64,000 nucleotides of DNA from positions 1-64,000 of the forward strand of contig JAAILG010000448.1 of the NCBI GenBank assembly GCA_012026655.1, in the 5' to 3' direction. Numbering within the stretch: the stretch's first letter is position 1; each line of letters opens with the position of its first letter. The DNA is from Hydrolagus affinis (lineage: Eukaryota). Below the pieces are notes generated by a model, which searched no databases, was not told the origin of the DNA, and saw only the letters and a list, made by a program, of their open reading frames with translations. Positions 62,554-64,000 of this stretch are shown piece by piece. A program made the position numbers and the translations under genes.

Positions 62554-62874
62554 CATTGACAGTAAGCTTAGCTCTGGTGGAGTAGGTTGATCCAAAGTTG
62601 TTTGTTATCATACACTGATATCTTCCTTCATCTGTATACTGCACAGCTCTTAAATGAAGAATAGTAGTGTACTCCATTACTTCACCGTCCTTTGCCCGAA
62701 CATGTGCAAAGTTCTCAATTTCAGCATCATGAAGAATCTCATGGCCTTTCTTCCAAGCAAATGTCATTGGAGAGGTGCTACTACTCGCTGCTGAACAAGT
62801 GAACCGGATGTCCTTGCCAAGCACAGCCATGGTTGTTGCAGGTTGAACAATTATTTGAGGTTTTGGGAAATCAT
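62554..62874 (-). CDS. LRIG1: LRIG1 exon: first Ig domain (321 nt)
   Basis: (D)[42 protein letters not shown]...EGRYQC...LTVN; TTTGCAG acceptor, G|GTGAGT donor. GKDIRFTC and adjacency to SLC25A26 favour LRIG1 over LRIG2/3. Confidence 0.97.
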
Positions 62875-63844
62875 CTGCAAAGTTGAAATAGGAAGCACAG
62901 AGATGAGGAATTATTTGTCACTTCTAAAACAGAAATTGTTTTGACCAGGAGGAAAAGGACTAATAAGATTCAGACTATTCTGAAAACTAAAGTGATCATA
63001 TTAAGGAAATTAGGAAGGAACTAAAGTCAATGGAGAACATAGAATTCAATTTATCAAAATTAGTTTCAAAAGGCAAGACTAATTCCTTTTAATTTACTAG
63101 AAAACTTAAAGAAAGTTATACATTTGAAAGGTTGTACCCCAAGTTCTATAACATGGAGATGCTAAGATATGAATATATGAATATGATATGAATCATTGAA
63201 CAATGAGACTAGCAAATGAGATTGGCTGGCTCAGTGCAGACTAAGTATGATCCAAAGTATGTTAAGAATAAAACCACAGACCTGAATTTACAAATGAATG
63301 GTTGCTCTTAGGTTATCATCAACTATATGAATGATCACTATGATAGCTGAGTCAAAATCTTACCAAGCACTTTTATGAAATGTTTGCCCAACTTATGCAT
63401 TATAAATGGATGAATGTGTACACTTTGACATGACAAAACATCAATGCTCTGTGGCATAGAATAGCCAATATCCCTCAAGGTGAGGAACTAATCAAAGGCC
63501 AAACACATCCCTACCGGGGAAGGAAAAAGTAAATTGAGCCAGACCCCAAACCACCATCACACATCGTCTCACAGCCAGAGGGCTGGAAACGTGTTGTTGC
63601 TTGGCTAATGAGTCAAAGGGAGATCCAGAAAAGCGACAGTCACGCTAAAACAGAGGATTTTTTGTTCAAATCTATTCACATTTCTGGGGGCGGAGGTGGG
63701 AAGAAGAGTGAATGTATAAAATGTGCCATTGTTATTCTTTCATACCAAACTATCATGTCAGCAAAGTGAATGTTCTAGTTTGCACCCTCAAAAGTACTAT
63801 TTAATAATAAATCTTTCAAATAGTCAGTATTACTTTGGCAGTAA

Positions 63845-63893
63845 CCTAGGTCTCTCGCTTGTGAAGTAAGTGCTCTAACCACTGAGCTACAAT
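63845..63893 (-). mobile_element. SINE tRNA-like head fragment
   Basis: Reverse complement TGTAGCTCAGTGGTTAGAGCACTTACTTCACAAGCGAGAGACCTAGGTT. Confidence 0.7.
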
Positions 63894-64000
63894 ACCACAA
63901 CTCTTTGGGGCAATGGTTTCCAATAAATTTCAATTAAATTAGATTCAGAGAGTCATGCGAAGCCTAAAATTTTAATCTAATCTGAATAAACTCAAGCTAA

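Noticed and set aside
626-63893. Recurrent similar segments suggesting a CRISPR-like or prokaryotic repeat system
   Set aside because: Copies are dispersed, in both orientations and of variable length, with SINE/LINE hallmarks; there is no repeat-spacer periodicity, operon or cas gene.

Overview
Eukaryotic (vertebrate) genomic DNA, AT-rich and mostly intronic; almost all ORFs in the track are spurious. The window holds the 3' ends of two convergent genes. SLC25A26 (mitochondrial S-adenosylmethionine carrier, + strand) has five coding exons at 33244-54471, none called by the ORF track, and bases 1-33243 are most likely one large intron of it. LRIG1 (- strand) has seven coding exons at 62874-55813 covering the three Ig domains, the TM helix and the cytoplasmic tail. 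All exon phases join in frame with GT-AG boundaries, and the two 3' UTRs appear to meet or overlap near 54.5-54.7 kb. The introns contain tRNA-headed Deu-core SINEs, L2 and CR1 LINE 3' fragments, Tigger/pogo-like and hAT non-autonomous DNA transposons, and a Penelope-type remnant. This repeat set suggests a cartilaginous fish (inference). I found no convincing new multi-gene system. The best leads are small-scale: a fold-back Tigger derivative, an unexplained 94-nt hairpin, a templated duplication scar, a bidirectional poly(A) region, a tandem splice acceptor in LRIG1, a degenerate hammerhead core and several enhancer-like blocks. Exon coordinates were counted by hand, repeat boundaries are approximate, and family and orthologue comparisons are from memory, not database searches.
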